In this document: positions 1-10,525 of the stretch, in pieces | Numbering within the stretch: position 1 is the first letter of the stretch | Layout of the letters: each line of letters opens with the position of its first letter | Origin: Candidatus Omnitrophota bacterium | GTDB lineage: Bacteria > Omnitrophota > Gorgyraeia > Duberdicusellales > 4484-171 | Assembly: GCA_037146775.1 (NCBI GenBank) | Contig: JBAWWL010000006.1 | Coordinates: forward strand, 79,120 to 143,119 | Direction of reading: 5' to 3' | Length of the DNA: 64,000 bases | Notes under the pieces: generated by a model | Databases searched by the model: none | What the model was told of the DNA's origin: nothing | Seen by the model: only the letters and a program-made list of their open reading frames with translations | Program-made: the position numbers and the translations under genes

Positions 1-1219
1 ACTTTCTTCCCCGTTCCATGTAATTCGAAAACATATCAAAACTGGAACACATTGGTGAAAGCAAAACCGTATCTCCTTTAACTGCCTGCGCAAAAGATGT
101 ATCCACCGCATCGCCCAAAGAAGAAAAAGACTCAACCGACACGCAAGTAGCCAAAGCTGCGCGTATCTTATGCGCAGCTTCGCCGAAAAGATTGACTTTT
201 TTTACGTTTCTAAGATACGGCGTAATAGCACCGTAGTCTACCCCCTTGTCTCGTCCGCCCGCGATTAAGATAATAGGGCCTTTGATATTCTGAAAAGCCC
301 AGATAGTAGAAGAAGGGTTGGTTGATTTAGAATCATTAATAAACGTAACGCCTCTCACCTGACGAATAACCTGCATACGATGCGGTATCCCCTTAAAACG
401 AGAAAACACACCCGCACATGTTGTTTTATCAACGCCAAAAATGCTTCCAATTTTATAGACGCACGAAAAGTTTGAGTTCGAAAACTCATCGGAAAAATGC
501 AGTATTTGCGATGGAATTTTCTTTTCAATGTCACCATACAGCCGTATATGCTTGTTGATAACAGCATAATCTTCTTTTTTTTGATTCCGGAAAATATTCA
601 TTTTGGCATCAAAATATTCCTTAAAAGAGGCGTGCCGGTCAAGATGATTCGGTTCAATATTCAGCAAGGCCGCCACAAATGGGCGAAACTCCAGAATTGT
701 TTCCAACTGAAAAGAACTTATTTCTAAAACGATCACGTCGGTCTTACGTGTATGTAAAATAAACGACGAGACGGGAATACCAATATTACCTCCCAAAAAA
801 ACTCTTTTTCGTTTCTCTTTAAGCGCGCGATAAGTAAGAAAAGTGGTGGTAGTTTTACCGTTTGTGCCGGTTATGGCAACGAATTTTGCCTGAGTTAGCC
901 ACGAAGCAAACTCTACTTCTCCTACCACGGGGATATGAAAACCGCGGGCAATCTCGACCACGTTCGACGCATGAGGATCTACGCCGGGGCTCAACACCAC
1001 AAGATCGGCTTCTTTGATAAAGCTTTCACTATGACCTCCAAACTCGAAATCCACTCCCTTGCGCCGGAAATTATCGATTAAGGAAGTGTGAAAAAAGTTG
1101 CGGGCCCTGCATTCAGTAACGCGTGGCTCCTTGGCTAACTCAAGCAGCACGTTACATAACGCAATGCCGCTCTTACCCCATCCTGCAACGCAGACTTTTT
1201 TAATGCCGTCAATATTCAT
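1..1219 (-). CDS. murD: UDP-N-acetylmuramoylalanine--D-glutamate ligase MurD (3' end cut by window edge)
   Basis: My reverse-complement translation from the ATG at 1219..1217 reads MNIDGIKKVCVAGWGKSGIA...VAITGTNGKTTTT, a Rossmann N-terminus and the Mur-ligase P-loop. The start overlaps the mraY stop (ATGA). It sits last in the dcw gene order. The ORF track does not list it because it runs off the window. Confidence 0.85.
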   Translation of the reverse strand, partial: MNIDGIKKVCVAGWGKSGIALCNVLLELAKEPRVTECRARNFFHTSLIDNFRRKGVDFEFGGHSESFIKEADLVVLSPGVDPHASNVVEIARGFHIPVVGEVEFASWLTQAKFVAITGTNGKTTTTFLTYRALKEKRKRVFLGGNIGIPVSSFILHTRKTDVIVLEISSFQLETILEFRPFVAALLNIEPNHLDRHASFKEYFDAKMNIFRNQKKEDYAVINKHIRLYGDIEKKIPSQILHFSDEFSNSNFSCVYKIGSIFGVDKTTCAGVFSRFKGIPHRMQVIRQVRGVTFINDSKSTNPSSTIWAFQNIKGPIILIAGGRDKGVDYGAITPYLRNVKKVNLFGEAAHKIRAALATCVSVESFSSLGDAVDTSFAQAVKGDTVLLSPMCSSFDMFSNYMERGRK

Positions 1220-2298
1220 CTTAATTTAAGCGTTAAAAATGAGGCGACCGCACACATGATCGACACAATCCACAGCCGCACGATAATTTTCGGCTCCTTC
1301 CAGCCTAACAACTGGAAATGATGGTGCAGGGGTGCCGCCTTGAATAAACGCTTCCCACGTATGCGCACCGAAAGTATCTGTAAGATAACACTAAGCGCCT
1401 CAGCGACGAAAAGCCCACCGCTGATAATCAAAAGAAATTCTTTCTTCACCAGTAAGGCGACAACGCCGATAACTCCCCCCACAGAAAGCGCACCCACGTC
1501 GCCCATAAATACTTCAGCCGGATAGGAATTGAACCATAAAAATCCTAACCCTGCACCTATAAGCGAAAAACAGATAATTGCTAATTCTCCCACGCCAGGA
1601 ACATATGGTATAAATAAATAACTGGCAAATTTTATATGGCCAGCGAGATAACTTAAAATAGCGAACATGAGCGAATTAATAATAATAGAACCAATCGCTA
1701 AGCCGTCTAAACCGTCAGTAAAGTTTACCGCATTCGAGGTAGCGACAACGATTAAAGCTGCCCAAAAAATATAAAAGACACCTAAATCAATCACTATCCG
1801 CTTAAAAAAAGGAAAATCCCAAGTAGTCGAAACATTTCTGTTACAGACGATAAGAATACCAAGCGTCACGCCAACCGCAATTTGGAGAAATAGTTTCCGG
1901 GAACGCGAAAATCCTTTCCCTCTCTTGAGTTTGCACATATCATCCGCGAGCCCAACCACACCAAGCGCTACCATCACAAACAACACCAGCCATACAAAAT
2001 AATTATCCAGCCTTGCCCACATTAAGCTCGAAAAAAGAACGGAAAAAATAATCAAAACACCACCCATGGTCGGCGTACCTTTCTTGCCTTCGTAAAGCGA
2101 GGTCAGACGAACGTGGCCATACATGTCTATTTTCTCTACGATTTGCAGTCGCTGGAGTTTTTTTAAAGTTACTCCCCACAACGACATGACAAGAATAAAT
2201 GAAGTAATAAATGCGCAACCGCCCCTAAAGGTAATATACTTCACAACGTTAAAAGGAAAAAACAACTTGGCCAAGGGATATAAAATATAATAAAGCAT
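1216..2298 (-). CDS. mraY: phospho-N-acetylmuramoyl-pentapeptide transferase MraY
   Basis: 360 aa polytopic membrane protein with MraY motifs (GLADD, NAVNFTDGLDGLA) and its dcw-cluster position. Confidence 0.93.
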   Translation of the reverse strand: MLYYILYPLAKLFFPFNVVKYITFRGGCAFITSFILVMSLWGVTLKKLQRLQIVEKIDMYGHVRLTSLYEGKKGTPTMGGVLIIFSVLFSSLMWARLDNYFVWLVLFVMVALGVVGLADDMCKLKRGKGFSRSRKLFLQIAVGVTLGILIVCNRNVSTTWDFPFFKRIVIDLGVFYIFWAALIVVATSNAVNFTDGLDGLAIGSIIINSLMFAILSYLAGHIKFASYLFIPYVPGVGELAIICFSLIGAGLGFLWFNSYPAEVFMGDVGALSVGGVIGVVALLVKKEFLLIISGGLFVAEALSVILQILSVRIRGKRLFKAAPLHHHFQLLGWKEPKIIVRLWIVSIMCAVASFLTLKLR

Positions 2299-2318
2299 GA
2301 TCTCCTTTTTTTAGGCTT

Positions 2319-3662
2319 TCAGCTTACCAACGCCACTACTTTTTCTAACTCCATTCTCCTTGAACCTTTTAAAAAAATCACATCGCCCTTTCTTGCTTTT
2401 TTCTTAATAAAATCAGCTATTGCCTGGTGAGAATCGCAGTGATGCACGCTACCGTGGCCGATTGCCTGCAAGGTATCCTTGACACAAGCCGCATGCATTC
2501 CATAGGTAAGGACATGCTCAAAATTACTCTTCGCAATACTATGTGCCAACCGTGTATGATAATACAGGCTTCTGTCACCTAATTCAAGCATGTCACCTAC
2601 GATAGCAATTTTGCGCGCCGGGTACTTGCGCACAAAATGTAATGCTTCCTGGAACGAATACGGATTAGCGTTGTAGGCATCATTCAGGAAAATTAAACCG
2701 TTTACTTCTTTAGTTTCCATCCGCTGAGAAGGAAAATCACGAAATTCATTCATCATACGCACCAAGTCGTCCAACGCTCTTCCAGAAAGGCTCGCAGCCG
2801 ACAAAGCCGCCAGAGCGTTATAGATAAACCCCTCAAAAGGAGTTGCCAGAGTCAATACGCATCTACCTTGAACAAGAAAAGTTGCCGTACTCAAGTCACT
2901 CTTGAGGCGGTGCGCCCAAAGAACATTATCCTTCTTATGCATGCCGAACCAGTATGCCCTCTTACAAAAATTAATCTTCCGAAGATAAGCATCATCCCTG
3001 TTTAACACCGCGCGTATATTCGGATTTGTTTTCAAAAGTGCGGTTTTTTCTTCAAAAATACCCCGTAAAGTTTTCAGACCTTCCAAATGTACCGGCTTAA
3101 CGAATGTCAGGATACCTATATCCGGCTGAGAGATGTCGGCCAATACGCGTATCTCACCCGCCGCATTAGTGCCCAATTCCAGTATAAGCGCATCCTCGTC
3201 TTTAAGAGAAAAAATTGTTTTACCTACGCCTAAAAGATTGTTTTCGGTTTTATAATTCTTCAGCACTGTGCTGTCGCGGCTCAAAAGAAAACCGAGCATC
3301 TCTTTCGTCGTTGTCTTTCCTACAGAGCCGCTCACTGCATACACCAAAGGATTTTTTTTGAGGCGTACATACCGAGCAATGCGCTTAAACGCCTCGTACG
3401 TATCGTCAACGATAAAAAAAGGAACATGAGCCTTGGTAGGAATAAAACGTTCCGCGATAATTAATGATGCACCGTTTTGCACCGCCTGCTCGATGAACTC
3501 GTGGCCATCTTTGTGCTGACCGCGTAAAGCAATAAAAGCCTGACCTCTTGCGATCGAACGCGAATCGATCGAAAAACCGTCTAACGGCCTAAAAAAATAA
3601 ATATTGTAAATTTTATTCGGTTTAGTCAATCGTTCTAATTGTTTAAAATCATTTATAAGCAC
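2319..3662 (-). CDS. murF: UDP-N-acetylmuramoyl-tripeptide--D-alanyl-D-alanine ligase MurF
   Basis: 447 aa Mur ligase with P-loop GSVGKTTTKEM. It lies between murE and mraY. Confidence 0.9.
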   Translation of the reverse strand: MLINDFKQLERLTKPNKIYNIYFFRPLDGFSIDSRSIARGQAFIALRGQHKDGHEFIEQAVQNGASLIIAERFIPTKAHVPFFIVDDTYEAFKRIARYVRLKKNPLVYAVSGSVGKTTTKEMLGFLLSRDSTVLKNYKTENNLLGVGKTIFSLKDEDALILELGTNAAGEIRVLADISQPDIGILTFVKPVHLEGLKTLRGIFEEKTALLKTNPNIRAVLNRDDAYLRKINFCKRAYWFGMHKKDNVLWAHRLKSDLSTATFLVQGRCVLTLATPFEGFIYNALAALSAASLSGRALDDLVRMMNEFRDFPSQRMETKEVNGLIFLNDAYNANPYSFQEALHFVRKYPARKIAIVGDMLELGDRSLYYHTRLAHSIAKSNFEHVLTYGMHAACVKDTLQAIGHGSVHHCDSHQAIADFIKKKARKGDVIFLKGSRRMELEKVVALVS

Positions 3663-5113
3663 GTTGCACCAGCCAACTCACATATGATATTACTATCCTT
3701 AAATACTATTCTTTTTGTGCCGACGATCTGATAGTCTTCGTGGCCCTTGCCCGCAACCAGCACGCAACAATCAATATATTTTGTTTTTAAAGAAAGTGCT
3801 TTGCCAAGAGCTTCCCTCCTGTCCACCGTAATTGCGTAATTACGGTTGCTAAATCCTTTGGCGATAGAATGGCAGATCTCCCGCGGATCTTCATTGCGAG
3901 GATTGTCAGAGGTAATAAAAGTAAAATCGGCTCTGGACGCCGCAACGCTTCCCATAATCTTTCGTTTACCTTTATCACGGTTACCCCCACACCCAAACAC
4001 GCATATAACTTTTTTATATCCAATGTCTTTGAGCGTATCAAGCGCTTTTTTTAACGAATCAGGCGTGTGCGCATAATCGACAAACACATCCGGCACGACT
4101 TCCTGCAATCTCCCCTCGACACCACAAAAGGAAGAAAGCTTTTCTGCGACATCCGCCAAACGAAAACCTAACGCACAGACACTTGCGGTAGCCGCTAAAA
4201 TATTATAAATATTGTGCCTGCCTAAAAGCGAGCAGTTTATCGGAAACGCTTCTTTGCCATGCATAATATCAAACGCAATACCGCTCTTCGTAACACGCGG
4301 CACCCGCGCCCTATAGACAGCAGGATGTATTATTCCGTACGAAGATGCATTCTTAAACTGTGCCAGAAGTTTTCGGCCATACGCATCGTCACCGTTTACA
4401 GTCATACACGCATCAGAGTTATCAATAAAGAGCTGCTTTTTTGCCTCGAAATAATGCTTCATTGTCTTATGGTAATCCAAATGCTCCCTGCTCATGTTCG
4501 TAAATATGCAAGCTTTAAAATGAATTCCTTGTATACGTTTTTGCACTATTGCGTGCGATGACACTTCCATAATAATATACTTGCAGCGAGCATCTTTGCT
4601 CTCTTTACATAATTTACGCAGCGTCAGATAGTCGGGAGTAGTATGAGTAGCGGCATAAGAACGATTTCCGATGATATATCTCACCGTTCCTATCAGCGAT
4701 ACTCGTTCGCCCAGTTGTTTAAGCATATGATACACGCAATAGGCGATGGTAGTTTTCCCTTTCGTACCGGTCACACCTATAAAAATAAAATCAGCGGGAT
4801 CAAAACCGTAAAAAGCATCTGCCGCCCTATAAAGCGCTTCCTGGGCATCTTCGACAAAAAGTACAGGAACATGTATATCAAGACACTCTATGGCTGCGCG
4901 ATGCCGACGCGAAGCCACAAACACAGCAACCTTATACTCGATAGTTTTTAAGACCGATAAAATATCAAAATTGTTTCTTTCGATGACAAAGAACATATCT
5001 CCCCTACGTACCAGACGTGAGTCATCGCTTATACCTTGAACCTTGAGATTCATGAGGCGGTCAGAGAATGTCCGATGCGTAAAAATTTGCCGCAATGTCA
5101 TATACACTTTCAT
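3653..5113 (-). CDS. murE: UDP-N-acetylmuramoyl-L-alanyl-D-glutamate--2,6-diaminopimelate ligase MurE
   Basis: 486 aa with P-loop GVTGTKGKTT. The DNPR motif (SDNPRNEDP) is typical of meso-DAP-adding MurE. It overlaps murF by 10 nt. Confidence 0.9.
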   Translation of the reverse strand: MKVYMTLRQIFTHRTFSDRLMNLKVQGISDDSRLVRRGDMFFVIERNNFDILSVLKTIEYKVAVFVASRRHRAAIECLDIHVPVLFVEDAQEALYRAADAFYGFDPADFIFIGVTGTKGKTTIAYCVYHMLKQLGERVSLIGTVRYIIGNRSYAATHTTPDYLTLRKLCKESKDARCKYIIMEVSSHAIVQKRIQGIHFKACIFTNMSREHLDYHKTMKHYFEAKKQLFIDNSDACMTVNGDDAYGRKLLAQFKNASSYGIIHPAVYRARVPRVTKSGIAFDIMHGKEAFPINCSLLGRHNIYNILAATASVCALGFRLADVAEKLSSFCGVEGRLQEVVPDVFVDYAHTPDSLKKALDTLKDIGYKKVICVFGCGGNRDKGKRKIMGSVAASRADFTFITSDNPRNEDPREICHSIAKGFSNRNYAITVDRREALGKALSLKTKYIDCCVLVAGKGHEDYQIVGTKRIVFKDSNIICELAGATCL

Positions 5114-5120
5114 AAAACGA

Positions 5121-6863
5121 TCAGTCTCCGGTATCTACGTCCTCATCGCTGACTGCGCCTACCTGGTCTTTAGACGGGCGCGAAATACTTTCCGTCTGAG
5201 CTTTCCCTCCGCGTAAATATTTTATACTTTGCTCCGCTACCTTTCGAAAAAGTGGCGCAGCCACCACGCCGCCAAAGTGTGATTTCTTTGGCTCAAAAAC
5301 ACTCACACCAATAACTATAGGCGGGTCGAGCTCGCTGACAAAACCGATAAATGATGCGCGATATTGTGTCGACGAATATCTTTTAAGTTCTACGTCGTAT
5401 TTTTGAGCGGTTCCGGTTTTACCACCCACCTTTACCCCCTTAATGGCCGCCAGTTTTCCCGTACCATCCGCTACGACATCTTCCAAAATGGCACGCGCTC
5501 TTTCTGCGGTACTGGGTACAATAATTCTTTTCTTTTCAATCGGCATCTGCCTGTAGGCGTCTTGCGTAGCGATAGCAGCTACAATGTGTGGCTTTACCAG
5601 ATACCCTCCGTTAGCCACAACTGCAAACGCCCTCACCAGTTGCAGGAGGTTCACCCCAACCTCCTGACCGATAGGCATAATATATCCCGAAGTGTTTGAC
5701 CAGGCAAAAAGCGGCTTAACATTACCTCGCACTTCACCAGGCAAATCAACGCCGGTTTTTTCCCCAAACCCAAGCTTCTTCATGTAAAGATGAATCGTTG
5801 GCCGGCCCAAGAAATTAGCGATTTTACCTACGCCGATATTGCTTGATTTCTTAAAAACTTCGCGGAAAGTAAGTATACCATACGGTTTCCAGTCATGCAA
5901 AGTACTGCCCGGGATTTTGAAAGCACCATTCTCGCAAAAAATACGGTCTTGATCGCCAAACTTTTTCTGGTCAATCGCTGCAACCAAAGTAACCATTTTA
6001 AAAACAGAACCCGGCTCAAACATATCGCATACCGCTTTGTTTCGCATCAACTCGGAAGAAACTCCTTCGAGATTGTTGGGATTAAATTGCGGGTAATTAG
6101 CCAAGGCGAGTATTTCGCCGGTATTCGCATTCATCACTACAACGCTGCCTTCTCGAGCTGAAAATTTTTTGATAGTTTCTTCCAAATAATTCTCTGTCCA
6201 ATATTGTATCTGGCTATCAATCGTTAAAATAATATCGCGGCCTTCCTGGGGAGTAATAATGGTAGGAGTAAGAATCACTTCGCGGGAAGCAGAATCCTGC
6301 AATACCCTCACCATACCGTCTTTACCGCGCAAACAATTGTCATAGTACAGTTCTAAACCGTCGAGCCCCCTGTTATCAATATCGGTGATACCTAACACGG
6401 ATGCAGCAAGTTTTTCCTGCGGATAAAATCGTTTATACTCTCTTAAAAAACCCACGCCTTTCAACTTGCGTTTCGCGATCTGTTCCTTCTGCCCCCAGGA
6501 AACCTTGCGCTTTATCCAGACAAATCTCTTTTTTTTGGATAACTTTTCTTTCACCTTTTGCCCCGATAACCCTAGTTGCGAAGAAAGTATCGCCACGGTA
6601 AGGTTAGGCTTGGTAATAAAAAGCGGGTCGGCAAAAACAGAGTGGGTATTTATCTCGGTAGCCAGAAGTCTACCCTTACAGTCAAAAATAGTACCACGTT
6701 TTCCTAGGAGCGGAATAATCCGATAGTATTGGTTTTGAGCCAGATGCTGGAAGAAATCACTGCGGAAAACCTGCAGATATACGATACGCAAAGAAATAGT
6801 GAGGAATAAAACAAGGAAAATTATATATACAGCATGTATGCGTAAAGTATCCCTTGTTTTCAC
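5121..6863 (-). CDS. ftsI: penicillin-binding protein / peptidoglycan D,D-transpeptidase FtsI
   Basis: 580 aa with an N-terminal membrane anchor and transpeptidase motifs SxxK (GSVFK), SSN and KTGT. Confidence 0.9.
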   Translation of the reverse strand: MKTRDTLRIHAVYIIFLVLFLTISLRIVYLQVFRSDFFQHLAQNQYYRIIPLLGKRGTIFDCKGRLLATEINTHSVFADPLFITKPNLTVAILSSQLGLSGQKVKEKLSKKKRFVWIKRKVSWGQKEQIAKRKLKGVGFLREYKRFYPQEKLAASVLGITDIDNRGLDGLELYYDNCLRGKDGMVRVLQDSASREVILTPTIITPQEGRDIILTIDSQIQYWTENYLEETIKKFSAREGSVVVMNANTGEILALANYPQFNPNNLEGVSSELMRNKAVCDMFEPGSVFKMVTLVAAIDQKKFGDQDRIFCENGAFKIPGSTLHDWKPYGILTFREVFKKSSNIGVGKIANFLGRPTIHLYMKKLGFGEKTGVDLPGEVRGNVKPLFAWSNTSGYIMPIGQEVGVNLLQLVRAFAVVANGGYLVKPHIVAAIATQDAYRQMPIEKKRIIVPSTAERARAILEDVVADGTGKLAAIKGVKVGGKTGTAQKYDVELKRYSSTQYRASFIGFVSELDPPIVIGVSVFEPKKSHFGGVVAAPLFRKVAEQSIKYLRGGKAQTESISRPSKDQVGAVSDEDVDTGD

Positions 6864-6935
6864 TTTGATTTATATGAAAAGAAAAATGTCTTTAGAATTA
6901 CACAAAACTATCCGCCTATAGCAACACTGATGACC

Positions 6936-7319
6936 CTACTGCTGTTCGTTAGCTAACGCGGTTGAAGAACCAGCCGGAATACCTAACAAGCCGTTCACAA
7001 GAGACGCAAACGTATACCGGCTTTTATGGACCGGCGCTCTCCTCAAGTTTAAAGCAAGAACCTTTTCTGCTGGGATGAATTTATTCTTTTCTGCCCACTG
7101 GTTAACTTTTGACACCGATGTTTCTTTAGTGAAATTATACACTAAGTAGTCGCGCTTATCAACAAGTTCGTTGTAGATATGATGGTTCTTGCTCAGCTTG
7201 TAGGCTTCAACATAAATGAGGACCTTCTGGTGAAGGTATAAAAAAGAGGCTAAAAAGATGAAGACGGCCAATATTGGTATGATGATATGTTTCATATATT
7301 TATCGTTTCTCAGCCACAC
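6936..7319 (-). CDS. ftsL: cell division protein FtsL-like (single-pass membrane protein)
   Basis: Small bitopic protein (TM IIIPILAVFIFLASFLYL) between rsmH and ftsI, the canonical FtsL position. The real start is probably the internal MKHIII. Confidence 0.55.
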   Translation of the reverse strand: MWLRNDKYMKHIIIPILAVFIFLASFLYLHQKVLIYVEAYKLSKNHHIYNELVDKRDYLVYNFTKETSVSKVNQWAEKNKFIPAEKVLALNLRRAPVHKSRYTFASLVNGLLGIPAGSSTALANEQQ

Positions 7320-8250
7320 GTAACTTTGCCGAACGAGATGCTGGATTCTGCCCTATCTCCGTTGTGCCGGGAGTGAGCGGTTTTTTTGTAACCAACGTAA
7401 GGATATCTTCCTTGGAATAACGCCGCAGAGTGTGTTTGACTATTCTGTCTTCCAGAGAATGAAAAGAAATCACCGCTATTCTGCCATTTTTTGACAGCAA
7501 TCCGATTGCCTTTTCAATCCCCGCCCCTAACACTTCGAGTTCCCTGTTCACCGCTATACGTAAAGCCTGAAATATCCGCGTTGCCGGATGAATCTTGTAT
7601 TTGAAACTGCTTGCAGGAACCGAATGCACCACAATATCCCGTAATTGCGCCGTAGTAGCAATAGGTTCGCGCTTACGCACTTCGAGCAGGGCACGGGAAA
7701 TTCTCTTGGAGTAACGCTCTTGACCGAATTTGCGAAAAATATTTTCCAGTTCATCCTCGCTCAAATTGTTTACCAGGTCATACGCAGAAACGAACGACCG
7801 TTTATCCATGCGCATATCAAGCGGCCCTTCTTTAAAAAGGCTGAAACCTCTTTCGGCGTCACTAAGTTGATATGTTGAAAGGCCTAAATCAAAGAAAAAA
7901 GCATCAACATGCGCTATCTTTAACTGAGCCAGTATGATATCGAGATTAGCGAAATCACCGCGCACGAGAGTAAATCGGCCTTCAAAATTTTTGAGCCGAT
8001 CTGCCGCAAGCATCAAAGACGCCTCATCCCGATCGATACCGATAAGATGCGCATCGGAAGGCAGCGCGTCAAAAAAATGCAGGGAGTGAGACGCTAATCC
8101 CAGCGTACAGTCAACAATAATCTTTTTGCACGACAGATCCAACAAACGCACTACCTCTTCAGACATAACTGGATAATGGTGCGTTTCGTTCATAACAGGG
8201 TTAATTTGTTTTAACGTATTCATTTTTTCATATTGTACACGAATGTACAA
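7300..8250 (-). CDS. rsmH: 16S rRNA (cytosine1402-N4)-methyltransferase RsmH
   Basis: SAM-binding motifs (VDCTLGLASHS, FFDLGLSTYQL) and its position after mraZ. Confidence 0.9.
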   Translation of the reverse strand: MYIRVQYEKMNTLKQINPVMNETHHYPVMSEEVVRLLDLSCKKIIVDCTLGLASHSLHFFDALPSDAHLIGIDRDEASLMLAADRLKNFEGRFTLVRGDFANLDIILAQLKIAHVDAFFFDLGLSTYQLSDAERGFSLFKEGPLDMRMDKRSFVSAYDLVNNLSEDELENIFRKFGQERYSKRISRALLEVRKREPIATTAQLRDIVVHSVPASSFKYKIHPATRIFQALRIAVNRELEVLGAGIEKAIGLLSKNGRIAVISFHSLEDRIVKHTLRRYSKEDILTLVTKKPLTPGTTEIGQNPASRSAKLRVAEKR

Positions 8251-8291
8251 AAATTACAAATCATTTGATACCAAAATATACGCAAAATTTG

Positions 8292-8726
8292 TTACTCAAA
8301 CAAATTTTCTGCTGTTTCTTCAAAGTGCTTCTTGTTGTTTTCATAGTAATTGTTCCATCGCTGGCTATCCCAAACCTCGATCCGATCCGCCACACCTACG
8401 ATTATGATCTCTCTCTTGATTTGCGCAAATTCCTTAAGGTAACCGGGAATCGTTACGCGGCCCTGCGTATCTATTTCAACTTCTACGGCTCCGCTAAAAT
8501 AAAGACGATTAAAAGACCGACCTTCCTGTTTCGTGAAAGAAACTGCCTTCAACCGCGCTTCGAGAGATTCCCAGACACTTTCCGCGAAGAGGAAAAGACA
8601 GCCCTCGAGGCCACGGGTCATATAAAAATTCTTTTTCTCGAGGGCTTTGATTTTTTCCCGAAATCTTGACGGTAAAATAAATCTATCTTTATTATCTAAT
8701 GTATGTGTATATTCGCCATACCACAT
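8292..8726 (-). CDS. mraZ: transcriptional regulator MraZ
   Basis: 144 aa with two MraZ/SpoVT-AbrB repeats (NKDRFILPSRFRE and DTQGRVTIPGYL). It is the first gene of the dcw cluster. Confidence 0.9.
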   Translation of the reverse strand: MWYGEYTHTLDNKDRFILPSRFREKIKALEKKNFYMTRGLEGCLFLFAESVWESLEARLKAVSFTKQEGRSFNRLYFSGAVEVEIDTQGRVTIPGYLKEFAQIKREIIIVGVADRIEVWDSQRWNNYYENNKKHFEETAENLFE

Positions 8727-8812
8727 TCCACTTCACTCCACTTTATTCCACATCATAACTATATGACTTTTATTGAATTTTGTCAAGCGGTTTCGGGGAA
8801 TAAATCGTTGAA

Positions 8813-8828
8813 CCACAACAAGTTGTGG
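8813..8828. promoter_or_regulatory. perfect inverted repeat CCACAAC-AA-GTTGTGG upstream of mraZ (candidate operator in the dcw promoter region)
   Basis: A 7+2+7 palindrome 85 bp upstream of the mraZ start. Further GTGG/CCAC motifs lie nearby (8823, 8856). Confidence 0.25.
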
Positions 8829-8898
8829 CTAAAATTGGCGGTAATACTATATTTTGTGGTTATCTATGCAGTGTCCAAACGTATTATTATATGCGATA

Positions 8899-9843
8899 TT
8901 ATATGCCAGGGTGGCGGTGATATTTTTCACTGATATAATTGACATCATGGTTGATTGCTTCCTTCAATACGCTTTGCGAAACAAATTTTTTTTCCGCCCT
9001 GATTTTTTCTAAAAAAAATATTTTAATTGTTTTCCCCAAAATGTTTCCAGAAAAATTAATGAGGTGCGCTTCGATAACCTCATCCTCCGTATTGCTTACT
9101 GTGGGGCGTTTCCCGATATTAAGCGCGCACACATACGTACTGTCCTCTATCTTCGCAATAGCGGCATATACTCCGGATGAAGGCACAATATAATCAAACG
9201 GATGGATATTGGCGGTAGGAAATCCGAGCGTCATTCCGTAGCCACTTCCCCGAATAATTTTTCCCTTGAGACAATAATCTCTTCCAAGCATTTCCCTCGC
9301 GCTGCCAAACGCCGCTCTTTTCACGTATTCACGGACAACAGAACTGCTGATGGCAATACCGTTTTTGCGCCGTTTCTCAATAACGGAAACTGCGAATTGA
9401 TAGCGGCCCGCAAGCTGCTGCAAAGTATACCGGCTGCCATGGCCTTGATAACCAAAACGAAAATCTTCCCCCACGATAATCTTCTTAATCAGAAAATACC
9501 GCATAAGATACCGCAAAAACTGTTCGCTTGAAAGCTCAAGCAGTTTGGCGTTAGTTTTAAGCAGCCAAAGACAATCTATTCCGAGCGATTCAAAAATGTT
9601 TTTTTTATCCTCAAGATCAGTGAGTAAACCAAGGGAAATATTCTTGGGGGTAACGCGTATCTTGGCAAGACGTTGCGGTGGCACATCAAAAGTAATCGCC
9701 AATGAAACAAGCTGGCCGCGGAGAGCCTCTTGGCGCACCTTACGTAAAAGAAATTGATGCCCAAGATGAACACCGTCGAACACGCCTATAGTAGCTACAC
9801 ATGCTTTTTTTCTAGAGGGTAATTTTGCGTAAATGACTTTCAT
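8899..9843 (-). CDS. ribF: bifunctional riboflavin kinase / FMN adenylyltransferase RibF
   Basis: N-terminal nucleotidyltransferase motif GVFDGVHLGHQ and a C-terminal riboflavin kinase domain (GFPTANI). It overlaps truB. Confidence 0.9.
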   Translation of the reverse strand: MKVIYAKLPSRKKACVATIGVFDGVHLGHQFLLRKVRQEALRGQLVSLAITFDVPPQRLAKIRVTPKNISLGLLTDLEDKKNIFESLGIDCLWLLKTNAKLLELSSEQFLRYLMRYFLIKKIIVGEDFRFGYQGHGSRYTLQQLAGRYQFAVSVIEKRRKNGIAISSSVVREYVKRAAFGSAREMLGRDYCLKGKIIRGSGYGMTLGFPTANIHPFDYIVPSSGVYAAIAKIEDSTYVCALNIGKRPTVSNTEDEVIEAHLINFSGNILGKTIKIFFLEKIRAEKKFVSQSVLKEAINHDVNYISEKYHRHPGI

Positions 9844-10492
9844 CTATGTCGCCGATTTTTATAGCATCATCTAACTTAAACGGCCCAACGCTCAACCTTT
9901 TTATTTTAATGATGTGAGCTCCGCAGGTAAGATTTTCGCCGATATCCTCGGCAAGTTTGCGTATATAAGTCCCTTTGGAACAGCGGACATAAAACTCAAC
10001 AAAAGGAAGATCAATCCTCAGTATTTTTAAGTTATGTATATGTATCTTACGCGGCTGTCGCTGCACCACAATACCTTTACGCGCAAGACTGTAAAGACGC
10101 TTGCCCCCTACCCGTATCGCGCTGACCATGGGAGGAACTTGTTCGATCTCACCTTCAAAAGATGCAAAAGCCCGGCGGATCATCTCCTCGTTAATTGCCT
10201 GATAATCGTGTTTCTGGGTGACAGTTCCTTGCGAATCACCGGTCGTAGTAATTTCACCTAACTTAAGCTCCCCCAGGTATTCCTTATCGAAACTGACAAA
10301 TTTAGGAAATAATTTTGTGTATCCGCCAACTAAAATAATCAAAAGGCCTTCAGCTAAAGGATCAAGCGTTCCCGCATGCCCAACTTGTCTTATCCCCAGT
10401 TTTCTTCTCACGCAGTCAACAACATCGTGAGAAGTCATATTGCCTTCTTTGTTAACGAGGAGAATGCCTTCGCTTGTGTTTTTCTGTATCAT
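9812..10492 (-). CDS. truB: tRNA pseudouridine(55) synthase TruB
   Basis: Catalytic motif GHAGTLDPLAEGLL. Position between nrnA-like and ribF. Confidence 0.92.
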   Translation of the reverse strand: MIQKNTSEGILLVNKEGNMTSHDVVDCVRRKLGIRQVGHAGTLDPLAEGLLIILVGGYTKLFPKFVSFDKEYLGELKLGEITTTGDSQGTVTQKHDYQAINEEMIRRAFASFEGEIEQVPPMVSAIRVGGKRLYSLARKGIVVQRQPRKIHIHNLKILRIDLPFVEFYVRCSKGTYIRKLAEDIGENLTCGAHIIKIKRLSVGPFKLDDAIKIGDIDESHLRKITL

Positions 10493-10525
10493 ACGTACGT
10501 ATTGTGAAAAAAATATTAAAAAAAA

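Noticed and set aside
8265-8669. 134 aa plus-strand ORF
   Set aside because: It is antisense and almost entirely overlapping the well-supported mraZ, with no RBS and a low-complexity translation. Shadow ORF.
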